From positions 1 through 27,828 of the forward strand of contig DATDNV010000478.1 of NCBI GenBank assembly GCA_036518075.1: DNA of 27,828 nt, written 5' to 3'. This stretch comes from Thermoanaerobaculia bacterium (GTDB lineage Bacteria; Acidobacteriota; Thermoanaerobaculia; UBA5066; Gp7-AA6). The notes under the pieces are model-generated. The model saw only the letters and a list, made by a program, of their open reading frames with translations. It searched no databases and was not told where the DNA came from. Shown piece by piece: positions 8,901 to 17,027 of this stretch. Position numbers and translations under genes: made by a program. How positions within the stretch are numbered: the stretch's first letter is position 1; each line of letters starts with the position of its first letter.

Positions 8901-11659
8901 GACACCCGTGTCGCGAGCGGCAGCGTAACCCACGCCTCGGCCCCTCCTCCTGACCTTGGGCGGAGCCCGATCTCGCCGCCGTGCCGTTTCACGATGTCCC
9001 GCGAGATGGCGAGGCCCAGTCCGGTTCCGCCCGACTTCTTGTTCGTATAGAACGGCTCGAAGAGCCGTTCGGCGCCGCCCTCGGGCAATCCGGGCCCTCG
9101 GTCGGAGATCGTGACGCACACCGAGACGCCTTCGCGTGAGAGTCGGCACTCCACTTCGCCGTCTTCGGCCGAAACGTCTCTGGCATTGGTGAAGAGGTTG
9201 ACGAACACCTGCTCGAGCTCCCGCGGGTCGCCGTCGACCCAGCTCGGCTCGCCGTGGTCCGCGATGTCGAGCGTCAGCCGGCGCCGCCCCATCGTCGTCT
9301 CGACCGACTCCGCGGCGTTGGTCACGACCGCGCGCAGGTCGGCGCGAACCTTCGCGGCCGGCCGCGGTCTTGCAAACTCGAGCAGATTGTTGACGAGGTG
9401 GGCCGCGCGGAAGGTCTGACGCTCCATCTTCTTCAGGATCGAATACCGGGGATCTCCCGGCGCCGTGTCGGCGAGGAGCATCTGCGCGTAGGAGGAAAGC
9501 CCCGCGATCGGGGTATTGACCTCGTGGGCGACTCCCGCCGCCAGTACACCCAGCGACGCGAGGCGTTCCCGCTCCGCCAGGGCGCGCTCGGCGCGCATTT
9601 GATCAGTGACGTCGTCGACCAGGATGACCCGCCGGTCGGGCTGTCCGTGAAAGGGTGAAACCGAGATGCGGATGTCGCGCGTTTGCCCGCCCGCGCCGGT
9701 GAACTGAGCCTCGATGTTCTGTTCCGGAGCATCGGGGGTATCGGCGGGCAGCTCGACGGAGGGAAGGATCTCGGAGAAGACGCGGCCGACGAGGTCGCCC
9801 TCGGGCCGTCCGACGAGCGCCGAGAACGCGGGATTGGCGGAATGCACGCGCCCGTCGCCGTCGAGGACCACGATGCCGGAGGAGGAGGAGCGAATCACGC
9901 TCTCCTGGTACTGCTGCAGCGTGCGGATCTCCTCGAGCCGCTCCGCCAGCGCTCCATAGAGCCGCGCGTTCTCGTAAGCGAGTCCCGCTTGCGCCATCAA
10001 TGCCGCCAGCAACGCCTCGTCCTCCGTCGAAAGAGGAACGCGTCCGTCCTTGTGCCCGATTCCCAGGGCTCCCACGAGGCCGCCCGCGCACCGCATCGCG
10101 AAGAACGTTCGAAAACCGGCCGTGTGCAGCGCGATCGCGCCGCGCGGCTCGCTCTCACCGAACGCCGATCCACGAAGGCGCCAGACCTCGGCGTTCTCGA
10201 GACGCTCCGCGAGAAACTCCGCTTCGGGCCCGCCTTCGTGAAGGAGGAACAGGTGGCAGGGCACGACATGGAGCCCGTCTTCGACGCGCTGAATCACGGC
10301 CGCCACGACCTCGCTCTGCGGACGCGGCGTCGAGAAGTCCCGTGCGAAGTCGAGCAAGGCTCTGCGGGCGCGGTAGGTCTCGTGGTACTGAATTTTCTCG
10401 AGCACGTCGGTGATCCGCTTCTTCATCGGGACCAGAAGCGACGCGAGAATCAGCCCGGACCCGAACGCCACGACGTTCTTGCCCGCGCCGGCCATCCCCT
10501 CGAGAGTGCGGTCGAGCAACGCGTTCAACAGGACAAAGGCCATCCCGCAAAGAAGGACAGCAGCCGTCGTGGCGAGCGCCTCCCGCACGAAAACCTCGAC
10601 GTCCCAGAGACGCCACTTGAGGATTGCGTAGGAGAACGCGAGCGGAATCAGAACGAGAGGAATGACCGCGGCCTTGGAGAGCCACGGGGTCGCGACTCCC
10701 AGAGCCTCGGGAATCACCGAGAGCACGAGGAAGGGGGAGAGCCCCACCACGACTCCCAGCCCGATCCAGCGAACCTGTTTCTCGGCTTCCGCTTCGGAGC
10801 GGCGGTGGCGCAGGAGAGCGACGAGCCGCAGGACGACGGCGGCGCCGTAGAGCGCGAAAAGGAGGTGCCAGAGCCGATTGGCGGCGACGAACGTGCGCGC
10901 CGGATCGAGACTCCGAACGACGAACGGCGCCTCCTGGTACACGAAGTAGGCGAGGCCGGGAAGATAGAGGAGCGGGAGCCAGCGCGCGCGCACGATCGGC
11001 CGGGGAAACACGAGGAAGAAGTGAAGGAGAAGCGGCGGCAGCAGCGCGCGATAGAAGTCCTCCGTAATCCAGAAAGCCTTCCAGATCGAGTCGTGCGTTC
11101 CCGCGCGCGTGAGCACGTCGATCGCAAACGACGCGAGACAGATTCCCCAGAAGACGCGCGCCGCCGGCGCGCGATCGCGCGCGACCGTGAAGAGGCCGAT
11201 CGAAAGATAGAGGAGACCGACGAACGCGAGGAAGAGGTACTTCCAGTCGATCGAGAGCGGAGGTTTGTTGAGCTGGACCGGGACGATTTCGGCGCCGCCT
11301 TTCTCGACGGCGAGAACGTGCGGGAAGGGAGCGCGGGCGAGAGCTCGCTGCGGCTCGGGTACCGATCCCGCGACCTGTCCGTCCACGGTAATGATCCGAT
11401 CGCCCGGGACCAGTCCGGCGGCCTCGGCGGCGCTGTCGGGCTCGACCGAATCGACGACGAGCGCGCCCTTGACCCGCACGAAGGCGAAGCCGGGCCTTTC
11501 GAACGACTCGACCTTTCGGACAAAGGAGAGAAACGCCAATCCCATCGTCGCCCCCGCGACGAGGACCGCGAGCCCGATCAGTAATCTGGATAGGGAACGG
11601 GGCACGGCACCGGATTCAGCAATCCGAATGCCATCGGAAGAACGTAGTTTCCGAGGCAC
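8897..11659 (-). CDS. Membrane sensor histidine kinase: TM-PDZ-multiple TM-GAF-like-PAS-HisKA-HATPase
   Basis: PDZ signature VDSVEPDSAAEAAGLVPGDRIITVDG; many hydrophobic helices; H-box AHEVNTP; N-box VNLFTNARD; FEPFYT; GTGLGL. The start is either GTG 11659 or GTG 11605. Confidence 0.92.
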   Translation of the reverse strand: MPRKLRSSDGIRIAESGAVPRSLSRLLIGLAVLVAGATMGLAFLSFVRKVESFERPGFAFVRVKGALVVDSVEPDSAAEAAGLVPGDRIITVDGQVAGSVPEPQRALARAPFPHVLAVEKGGAEIVPVQLNKPPLSIDWKYLFLAFVGLLYLSIGLFTVARDRAPAARVFWGICLASFAIDVLTRAGTHDSIWKAFWITEDFYRALLPPLLLHFFLVFPRPIVRARWLPLLYLPGLAYFVYQEAPFVVRSLDPARTFVAANRLWHLLFALYGAAVVLRLVALLRHRRSEAEAEKQVRWIGLGVVVGLSPFLVLSVIPEALGVATPWLSKAAVIPLVLIPLAFSYAILKWRLWDVEVFVREALATTAAVLLCGMAFVLLNALLDRTLEGMAGAGKNVVAFGSGLILASLLVPMKKRITDVLEKIQYHETYRARRALLDFARDFSTPRPQSEVVAAVIQRVEDGLHVVPCHLFLLHEGGPEAEFLAERLENAEVWRLRGSAFGESEPRGAIALHTAGFRTFFAMRCAGGLVGALGIGHKDGRVPLSTEDEALLAALMAQAGLAYENARLYGALAERLEEIRTLQQYQESVIRSSSSGIVVLDGDGRVHSANPAFSALVGRPEGDLVGRVFSEILPSVELPADTPDAPEQNIEAQFTGAGGQTRDIRISVSPFHGQPDRRVILVDDVTDQMRAERALAERERLASLGVLAAGVAHEVNTPIAGLSSYAQMLLADTAPGDPRYSILKKMERQTFRAAHLVNNLLEFARPRPAAKVRADLRAVVTNAAESVETTMGRRRLTLDIADHGEPSWVDGDPRELEQVFVNLFTNARDVSAEDGEVECRLSREGVSVCVTISDRGPGLPEGGAERLFEPFYTNKKSGGTGLGLAISRDIVKRHGGEIGLRPRSGGGAEAWVTLPLATRVS
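11618..11633 (-). promoter_or_regulatory. Candidate sigma54 -24/-12 promoter
   Basis: Minus strand TGGCAT-TCGGA-TTGCT gives exact GG-N10-GC spacing and matches the consensus TGGCAC-N5-TTGCW with one mismatch. Confidence 0.55.
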
Positions 11660-11715
11660 AAGTCCATATTTTACGGCACTTAGACATTAGTCCCCGTCTA
11701 TGAGAGGACACCTTC

Positions 11716-11752
11716 AATCCAAACTGTTGGATTCTATTGGACTGTATTTGGA
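11716..11752. promoter_or_regulatory. Candidate activator-binding (enhancer-like) sites: palindrome plus phased TTGGA boxes
   Basis: AATCCAA-actg-TTGGATT palindrome (11716-11733); TTGGA at 11727, 11737 and 11748 (10-11 bp period). Confidence 0.45.
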
Positions 11753-11890
11753 TGCGACAGCCGGACCTGTGGATCGGAATCGAGAAATTTCTAGACGAGC
11801 GCTGAGCTGCTCTTAGGGCTCCCGTTTAGAAAAATTAATTGGCCGCGAAGCAGCCGGTGCAGACGTTCGCGAGCGGCCGGTGCAGATCTC

Positions 11891-13792
11891 TCAGAACGAG
11901 ATCGCGAGGCCTCCGAGCAGCCGCTTGGTTGCCTGAGAGTCGTCCCGCTCGCCCGTCGCCGTGCTACGCGCGGATTCGAGGGCCATGAGCAATCGCCAGG
12001 CCGATCCGAAGGGAGAGAGGCCCACGACCGACAGATCCTGGGAGACCGAGATCGCCACCTTGGACGAGTCGTTGGCCTGAGGTGCAGCGAGAGTCTCCAG
12101 CGTCTGCCGGGCGCCGCGGACGAGCACGGCCACGCCGGTGTGAGTCGGGATGATTTCGACGGAAGCGCGCGCGGACCAGTAGTGTCCGGAGTTGCTCGTG
12201 ATTCCATATGCGGCGGCCGAGGGCGCCGCCACTTCGCTGCCGATCGTTCCATACATCGCGTTGACCGTGCCGGAGAGCGAGTTCGAAAGCTTGTGGGTCG
12301 CGCTCGCGCGGTACTGGCGGACCATGTTTCCGTCGAAGAAGTAAACGCTGTCGAAATCGGTCAGGAAGTCTCCTTCGAAGAAGGCGCGCACCGACTCTCC
12401 GACGCGCCGGCTGGAGACCTCCACCAGGAAAGCGCTTCCGTCGTCGCCGCTGCGCTGAAGGCCGACCGCAAACTCTTTCGTCGCGGTCGCGTCGCTGCGA
12501 TCGTCGATCGAAAGTACCAGCGGCATCGTCGTCCCGCCGCCGATCCCCGACTCCTTGGCGCGCCAGAGACCCTTGACGAACACGGCGGTCTGGTTCCCGA
12601 CGTCGTAGCGGACCGTGGCCATCGGCGCGAGGCCATAGCCTCCGGACAGGTACCGCGCGACGACGCCTCCCTCCACCTGGGCGTGGGAGGAGATCTTGGT
12701 CGAGGCCGCCGCCGAGAGGTCCGCGTCCGGCGCCGATACGAGGAACGTTCCGTCCGTGCTCACACCGGATGGGCCGGTCGTTCCTTCCCGGTGGCGATAG
12801 GTCATGGACACCGACACGCCGGGCGAGTCGGTCGCCGGCCGCGCATAGTTGGCGCGGACCTCCCACGTTCGCGAGGCAATCGGCGAGATGCTTGAGGGTC
12901 CCGTCGCGGTGGCGCGGTAAAGATTGGTCTCCTCCACGTACCGCGCGGCCACGGATTCGACCGTGCCTTCTTCCACGCCGCGACTCCAGCTCACGCCGTG
13001 CGTCTGGAGGCTCGCTGGACCGTCGTCATGGAACGACAGCGAGTTGCGCCGCGTCTGCAGGCTCAGATGATCGAGGGGCGACGTCGCGACGTCCAGGGCC
13101 ACTCCCGCGGCATTGCCGGTCGTCGCCGACAGGTCCGCGGGCGCGTTGCTGTGATCGGCCACCGCGGAGTAGTCGCCGTGCAGCGCATAGCGCCATCCGT
13201 TGGGAAGACCGCCGGTCAATCCCACGGCCGTCCGCGCGAGCGAGCTCTCGTTGGCGGCGAGATCCGAGGCGGCGCTGACCTGTCCGCCCACAGTCGTGCC
13301 CACCGGCAGTCGATTGTTTGCCGTCTTGGCGGGAGCTTCGGCCTCGAACGCGATTTCCCTGAGGACGTCGACCGGGAGCTGATCGCGAAGCTCCCAGAGG
13401 TTGTCGGTGACCGGCCGCTGTTTCGCTTCGGGTCCGAGAGACGCCAGCTCGATGTGAACGGCGCTCAGACGCTGCGGGTCGGCCTGATGCCAGACCCTCT
13501 GGAGAGCGGGTCGATACCCCTTCTTGATCGCGATCAGGTCGTAAACCCCGACCGGGGCCGACACCACCACGAACGTGCCGTCCGGCGCGGTGTGGGAGCG
13601 GGTCAGCGTCGACTCCTGGAGGTTGTAGAAAACGACCAGCGCGTCGGCAATCGGACGCTCCATGTGGCTGACGACTCCCGAGATCGGAGGAGCGGCGAGC
13701 GGGAGAGGCGGAGGCGGCGGGGAGGCGCACAGAATGCCGCCCGATCCGAGCGTGAGAGCCAATAGGGAAAGCAGCGGCCTGCGCCGTCTCAT
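11891..13792 (-). CDS. Predicted outer-membrane protein: signal peptide, carboxypeptidase-regulatory-like (prealbumin-fold) domain, then beta-barrel
   Basis: Likely start MRRRRPLLSLLAL at 13792. ISGVVSHMERPIADALVVF...TAPDGTF...GVYDLIAIKKGY fits the CarboxypepD_reg pattern. Amphipathic strands follow and the protein ends in Phe (LAISF). Confidence 0.7.
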   Translation of the reverse strand: MRRRRPLLSLLALTLGSGGILCASPPPPPLPLAAPPISGVVSHMERPIADALVVFYNLQESTLTRSHTAPDGTFVVVSAPVGVYDLIAIKKGYRPALQRVWHQADPQRLSAVHIELASLGPEAKQRPVTDNLWELRDQLPVDVLREIAFEAEAPAKTANNRLPVGTTVGGQVSAASDLAANESSLARTAVGLTGGLPNGWRYALHGDYSAVADHSNAPADLSATTGNAAGVALDVATSPLDHLSLQTRRNSLSFHDDGPASLQTHGVSWSRGVEEGTVESVAARYVEETNLYRATATGPSSISPIASRTWEVRANYARPATDSPGVSVSMTYRHREGTTGPSGVSTDGTFLVSAPDADLSAAASTKISSHAQVEGGVVARYLSGGYGLAPMATVRYDVGNQTAVFVKGLWRAKESGIGGGTTMPLVLSIDDRSDATATKEFAVGLQRSGDDGSAFLVEVSSRRVGESVRAFFEGDFLTDFDSVYFFDGNMVRQYRASATHKLSNSLSGTVNAMYGTIGSEVAAPSAAAYGITSNSGHYWSARASVEIIPTHTGVAVLVRGARQTLETLAAPQANDSSKVAISVSQDLSVVGLSPFGSAWRLLMALESARSTATGERDDSQATKRLLGGLAISF

Positions 13793-13952
13793 AAGGCGGA
13801 CCCGAGGGTCCAGCTGCAAAGTATATGACTCGTCGACGTCAAATACCATCCATCCAGACCGCAAGGAACTGACCTTTTGGTCAGGGCCCGGCGCGACCGG
13901 TTTTTTGGATCTCGCCGATGAGGGGTTCCGACCGCCCTGACGACTCCAACCC

Positions 13953-14858
13953 TCAAGTCCGTCCCGGAAGGAATAGCCCCTTGACGATGTGGCCGGCGAT
14001 CGCCGGATTTTCTTTGAGCCTCCGAATCGAATATCCGTACCAGGACTCTCCGTAAGGGACGTAGACGCGCAGGCGATGGCCCGCGGCGACGAGCCGCCGA
14101 CGCAAGTCCCCCGCGACTCCGAGAAGCATCTGGAACTCGTAGGCCTCGCGCCGGAGTTTCAGCCTCTCGATCGTCGCAAGCGCGCGCTCGACGAGGACCG
14201 GATCGTGCGTCGCGATCCCGACGTAGCACCCGGCCTCGAGCAGCGTGTCGACCATTTGAGAGTAGTTGTCGCGAATCTCCTCACGCCCCTGAAGGGCGAC
14301 CTCGGGCGGCTCGACGTAGATTCCCTTGCAGACGCGCACGTTCGCCTTCGCCTGCGCCGCGCGCTGCGCGTCCTCGCGGCTGCGGTGCAGGTACGCCTGA
14401 AGGACCAGTCCGACGCGCTCCGTCGTCCGTCTGGCGTCGAAGTAGATGCGAATGGTCTCCTCGGTGACGGAGGAGTCCTCCATGTCGATCCGCACGAAGT
14501 TGCCTCGCTCCCCGGCGCTCTGGAGGATCCGGTGGAACTGTTTCCGGCACGCAGCGTCGTCGATCTTCAAGCCGAGCGCGGTCAACTTCACGCTGATGTT
14601 GGAATCGAGCCCCTCTTTCGCGATGGCCTCGAGCGCGCGCTGATATTCGACGACGGTCGCTTCGGTTTCCGACAGCTCGAGAATGTCTTCGCCCAGGACG
14701 TCGAGCGTGGCCATGCACTTTTCCGAGTTCAACCGCCGGACCGCGTCGAGCGCCTGGGCCAGCGTCTCGCCTGCGACGTAGCGCGACGCGAATCGGCGCA
14801 CGAGGGCCTTGGGCACGAGCGGGAGGCTCTTGACGATCAGCTGGTTGACGAGATTCAT
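13953..14858 (-). CDS. Monofunctional proline dehydrogenase
   Basis: Start MNLVNQLIVK at 14858 overlaps the comF-like stop. Contains RYVAGE, SVKLTALG, VRIDMED, QAYL, RVCKGIY, ATHD, EFQMLLG and RVYVPYG..YSIRRLKENP. Confidence 0.93.
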   Translation of the reverse strand: MNLVNQLIVKSLPLVPKALVRRFASRYVAGETLAQALDAVRRLNSEKCMATLDVLGEDILELSETEATVVEYQRALEAIAKEGLDSNISVKLTALGLKIDDAACRKQFHRILQSAGERGNFVRIDMEDSSVTEETIRIYFDARRTTERVGLVLQAYLHRSREDAQRAAQAKANVRVCKGIYVEPPEVALQGREEIRDNYSQMVDTLLEAGCYVGIATHDPVLVERALATIERLKLRREAYEFQMLLGVAGDLRRRLVAAGHRLRVYVPYGESWYGYSIRRLKENPAIAGHIVKGLFLPGRT

Positions 14859-15631
14859 CGGTCGGCTCCCGCGAAACCGGGCTCCCAGTCCGCGATCGCG
14901 TCGTCTCGCGACGCGCGCGCAAAACACCACACGTCGACCCTCTTCGACCCCGCGCGAAGAAGCGCGGCTGCGCACTCCCGCGCCGTCGAGCCGGACGTGG
15001 CGACGTCGTCGATCAGCAGGGTGTGGCTCGCGCCCGAGCCGCGCGCGCGGAATGCTCCCTTCACGTTCCCCGCGCGATCCGGAAAGGGGAGACGGCTCTG
15101 CTTTCGAGTGGAGCGAACTTTCTCGAGGCGCCGGCGGACGAAAGGAATGCCCAGCTCCCGCGCGACTGCGATCGCGAGCGGTTCGGCCGCGTGGTCCTGG
15201 CGCCAGCGCGAGCTCCGTGTGGCGGGAACGGCTGTGACTTCGTTAATCGACCCCGGCGCCGGGATCCTCTCGGTCATCCTCCGCGCCAGCCGCGGAGCGA
15301 GGTAGTCGGCGCCTCGGAATTTGAATGCGAGAAGAATCTGGCGGGCCACTCCTCGGTAGGGAACGGCGGCGCGCAGAGTCTCAAACGGCGGCGGGTCCAC
15401 AATGCAGCGGCCGCAGCGAAGCGCTTCGGCCGCCGGCAGCGGCAGGTCGCAGGTCTCGCAGCGCTGCGGAGCGAGCGGCGGCAATCGCGACCAGCACACG
15501 TCGCAGACGCCGCCCTGGAAAATACGTTCGACCGAACCGTTCTCGCAGGCGATGCAGGGAGACGGGAAGAGCAGACTCGCGGCGGCACCGGCGACGCGGA
15601 CGAGGGTTCCGGACGGTTCGCGAGCGTTCAC
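14855..15631 (-). CDS. comF: ComF-family protein (double zinc ribbon plus phosphoribosyltransferase domain)
   Basis: CIAC...CDVC...CETC...CGRC Zn ribbons; LLIDDVATSGSTARECA PRPP-binding loop. Confidence 0.85.
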   Translation of the reverse strand: MNAREPSGTLVRVAGAAASLLFPSPCIACENGSVERIFQGGVCDVCWSRLPPLAPQRCETCDLPLPAAEALRCGRCIVDPPPFETLRAAVPYRGVARQILLAFKFRGADYLAPRLARRMTERIPAPGSINEVTAVPATRSSRWRQDHAAEPLAIAVARELGIPFVRRRLEKVRSTRKQSRLPFPDRAGNVKGAFRARGSGASHTLLIDDVATSGSTARECAAALLRAGSKRVDVWCFARASRDDAIADWEPGFAGADR

Positions 15632-15676
15632 CGGGCGGGATTCTTAGGGTTCACGGTGGAAAGTTCAAGGCGCGGC

Positions 15677-15706
15677 TTGGCAGTTCGCCGCACCCAACCG
15701 TACACT
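15677..15706 (+). promoter_or_regulatory. Possible sigma70-type promoter for the small OMP gene
   Basis: TTGGCA-18 nt-TACACT, followed by SD GGAGG (15714-15718) and GTG 15724. Confidence 0.4.
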
Positions 15707-15723
15707 CTCGGACGGAGGTGCCT

Positions 15724-16326
15724 GTGCCTGTTTGGAAACGACTCATCTCCTTCGCCGCGCTCGCCTGCGCGGCTTCCGCTCCGCTCTTTGCTCAGGGTTT
15801 GCCCGGTTGGCGCATCGGAGCCGCCGCCGGCGTGGTCAACGACGTCAAGGGTACGTTTCGGATCGAGGGCTTCGATCATTACGACTTCAACATCTGGGGC
15901 GACTACGTGACCGACGAGAAGGTCGCCATCCGCGCCATGATCGGACAGATGAAGGTCCGCGGGTCGCAGAGCGGAGATCAGGTCTCTCTCACGCCGGGCG
16001 GGCCGACCGTCACGCTCCCGGAATTCACCGATCGCATCAACTACGGCACGATCGGCGCATCCTACGAGTATTTCGAGGGCGACTTCACATCGGGTCTCTT
16101 CGCGGGCATCGGCGTCTATCGCGTGAAGCCCGACGCGCTGGATCCGACCTATCAGGCCTTTCAGGATCCGAGTCACACCGCGTTCGGCTGGCACTTCGGA
16201 GCCGACGCTTCCTTTCGAATCGTTTCCAAGTTGAGTCTCCTGGTCCGCCTGACGTATCACTACACGACGGTCGATCCGCGGCGTCAGCTCCTCTCCGCGA
16301 CGGGCGGGTTCATGTACAGGTTCTAA
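15724..16326 (+). CDS. Small outer-membrane beta-barrel protein (OmpA/OmpW-like 8-strand type)
   Basis: GGAGG 5 nt before GTG 15724; signal peptide VPVWKRLISFAALACAASAPLFA; alternating strand pattern; C-terminus GGFMYRF. Confidence 0.8.
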   Translation: MPVWKRLISFAALACAASAPLFAQGLPGWRIGAAAGVVNDVKGTFRIEGFDHYDFNIWGDYVTDEKVAIRAMIGQMKVRGSQSGDQVSLTPGGPTVTLPEFTDRINYGTIGASYEYFEGDFTSGLFAGIGVYRVKPDALDPTYQAFQDPSHTAFGWHFGADASFRIVSKLSLLVRLTYHYTTVDPRRQLLSATGGFMYRF

Positions 16327-16328
16327 GA

Positions 16329-16421
16329 GGGAGCGAGGACCAAGGAGCGGTAGCGTGGAGGGAGAAGCGAGGAGCGAGAGTAAGAAGGCTGAAAGCTGTT
16401 AGCTGACAGCTGTCAGCTCCT
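16329..16421. repeat. Composite heptamer array (degenerate AGGAGCG units, then AGCTGnn x5) between convergent genes
   Basis: gggagcg-aggacca-aggagcg...aggagcg, then ggctgaa-agctgtt-agctgac-agctgtc-agctcct. Confidence 0.7.
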
Positions 16422-16422
16422 G

Positions 16423-16920
16423 CTACTTCTTCTCTTTGCCCTGGTTTTCCTTGTCTTCACTCTCGATGACGAGGGGAAGGAGCGTGGATTCCTTCTTCGA
16501 AGCGAGTGAGATCTGTGTGCGGGCTCGGGCGACGCCCTTGATCGTCAGCAGCCGGCGCTGGAGAAAATCGGCAAGCGCCGTGGTGTCGGCCGCCTTCACC
16601 TTGAGCCGGTACGCGTATTCTCCGGCGAGGTAGTGGCACTCCTGGACTCCGAGAAGTTTTTCGAGGTCATCGACGAAACTCTTCTCGAATCGCGGATGCT
16701 CGAGGGCGACGTCCACATAAGCGGTCAGTGGCAGTCCCATCTTTTCGTGATCGAGCAGCGCGACGAATCCCTTGATCATCCCGTGCCGCTCCATCTTCTT
16801 GATCCGCTCGTTGACCGATGGAGTGGTCAGGCCGACGGCACCGGCGATCTTCGCCTGGGACAGCTTTCCGTTTCGCTGTAGCATGTCGAGGATCCGGAGA
16901 TCGATGTCGTCGATGGTCAT
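16423..16920 (-). CDS. Lrp/AsnC-family transcriptional regulator
   Basis: Start MTIDDIDLRILDMLQRNGKLS at 16920 with an upstream SD; HTH LTTPSVNERIKKME; C-terminal ECHYLAGEYAYRLKV. Confidence 0.92.
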   Translation of the reverse strand: MTIDDIDLRILDMLQRNGKLSQAKIAGAVGLTTPSVNERIKKMERHGMIKGFVALLDHEKMGLPLTAYVDVALEHPRFEKSFVDDLEKLLGVQECHYLAGEYAYRLKVKAADTTALADFLQRRLLTIKGVARARTQISLASKKESTLLPLVIESEDKENQGKEKK

Positions 16921-16964
16921 CTCCGCTTCCCTTAAAACATTAGAAGCTTGGCCGGATATGGCTA

Positions 16965-16992
16965 ATAATATTAGCCCGCTTTCCGGTGTCAA
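16965..16992 (-). promoter_or_regulatory. sigma70-type promoter for the Lrp gene, overlapped by a palindrome
   Basis: Minus strand TTGACA-16 nt-TATTAT; the palindrome GCTAAT-AAT-ATTAGC (16961-16975) covers the -10 box. Confidence 0.6.
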
Positions 16993-17027
16993 TGGCCCAA
17001 TTTGCGCGGCCTATAATCGGGAAACTC

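Noticed and set aside
7524-11659. Assignment as the PrsK/PrsR PEP-CTERM regulatory pair
   Set aside because: The architecture is loosely similar, but no exosortase is present and no complete protein in the window ends in a PEP-CTERM motif.
11752-11805. Small ORF MRQPDLWIGIEKFLDER
   Set aside because: 17 aa, no SD, and it overlaps the putative regulatory boxes; there is no independent support.
13793-13952. Possible ncRNA (SRP/6S-like) between proline dehydrogenase and the barrel gene
   Set aside because: Only short hairpins (GGACCC-ga-GGGTCC, CTGACC-tttt-GGTCAG) are present; no SRP GGAA-loop motif or long 6S rod could be supported by eye.
16999-17006. sigma54-like motifs near dnaJ (TGGCCCAATTTGC), the OMP gene (TGGCAGTTCGCCGC) and wzm (GA-N10-GC)
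   Set aside because: Spacing is N8 or N9, or the GG is missing; sigma54 requires exact GG-N10-GC.
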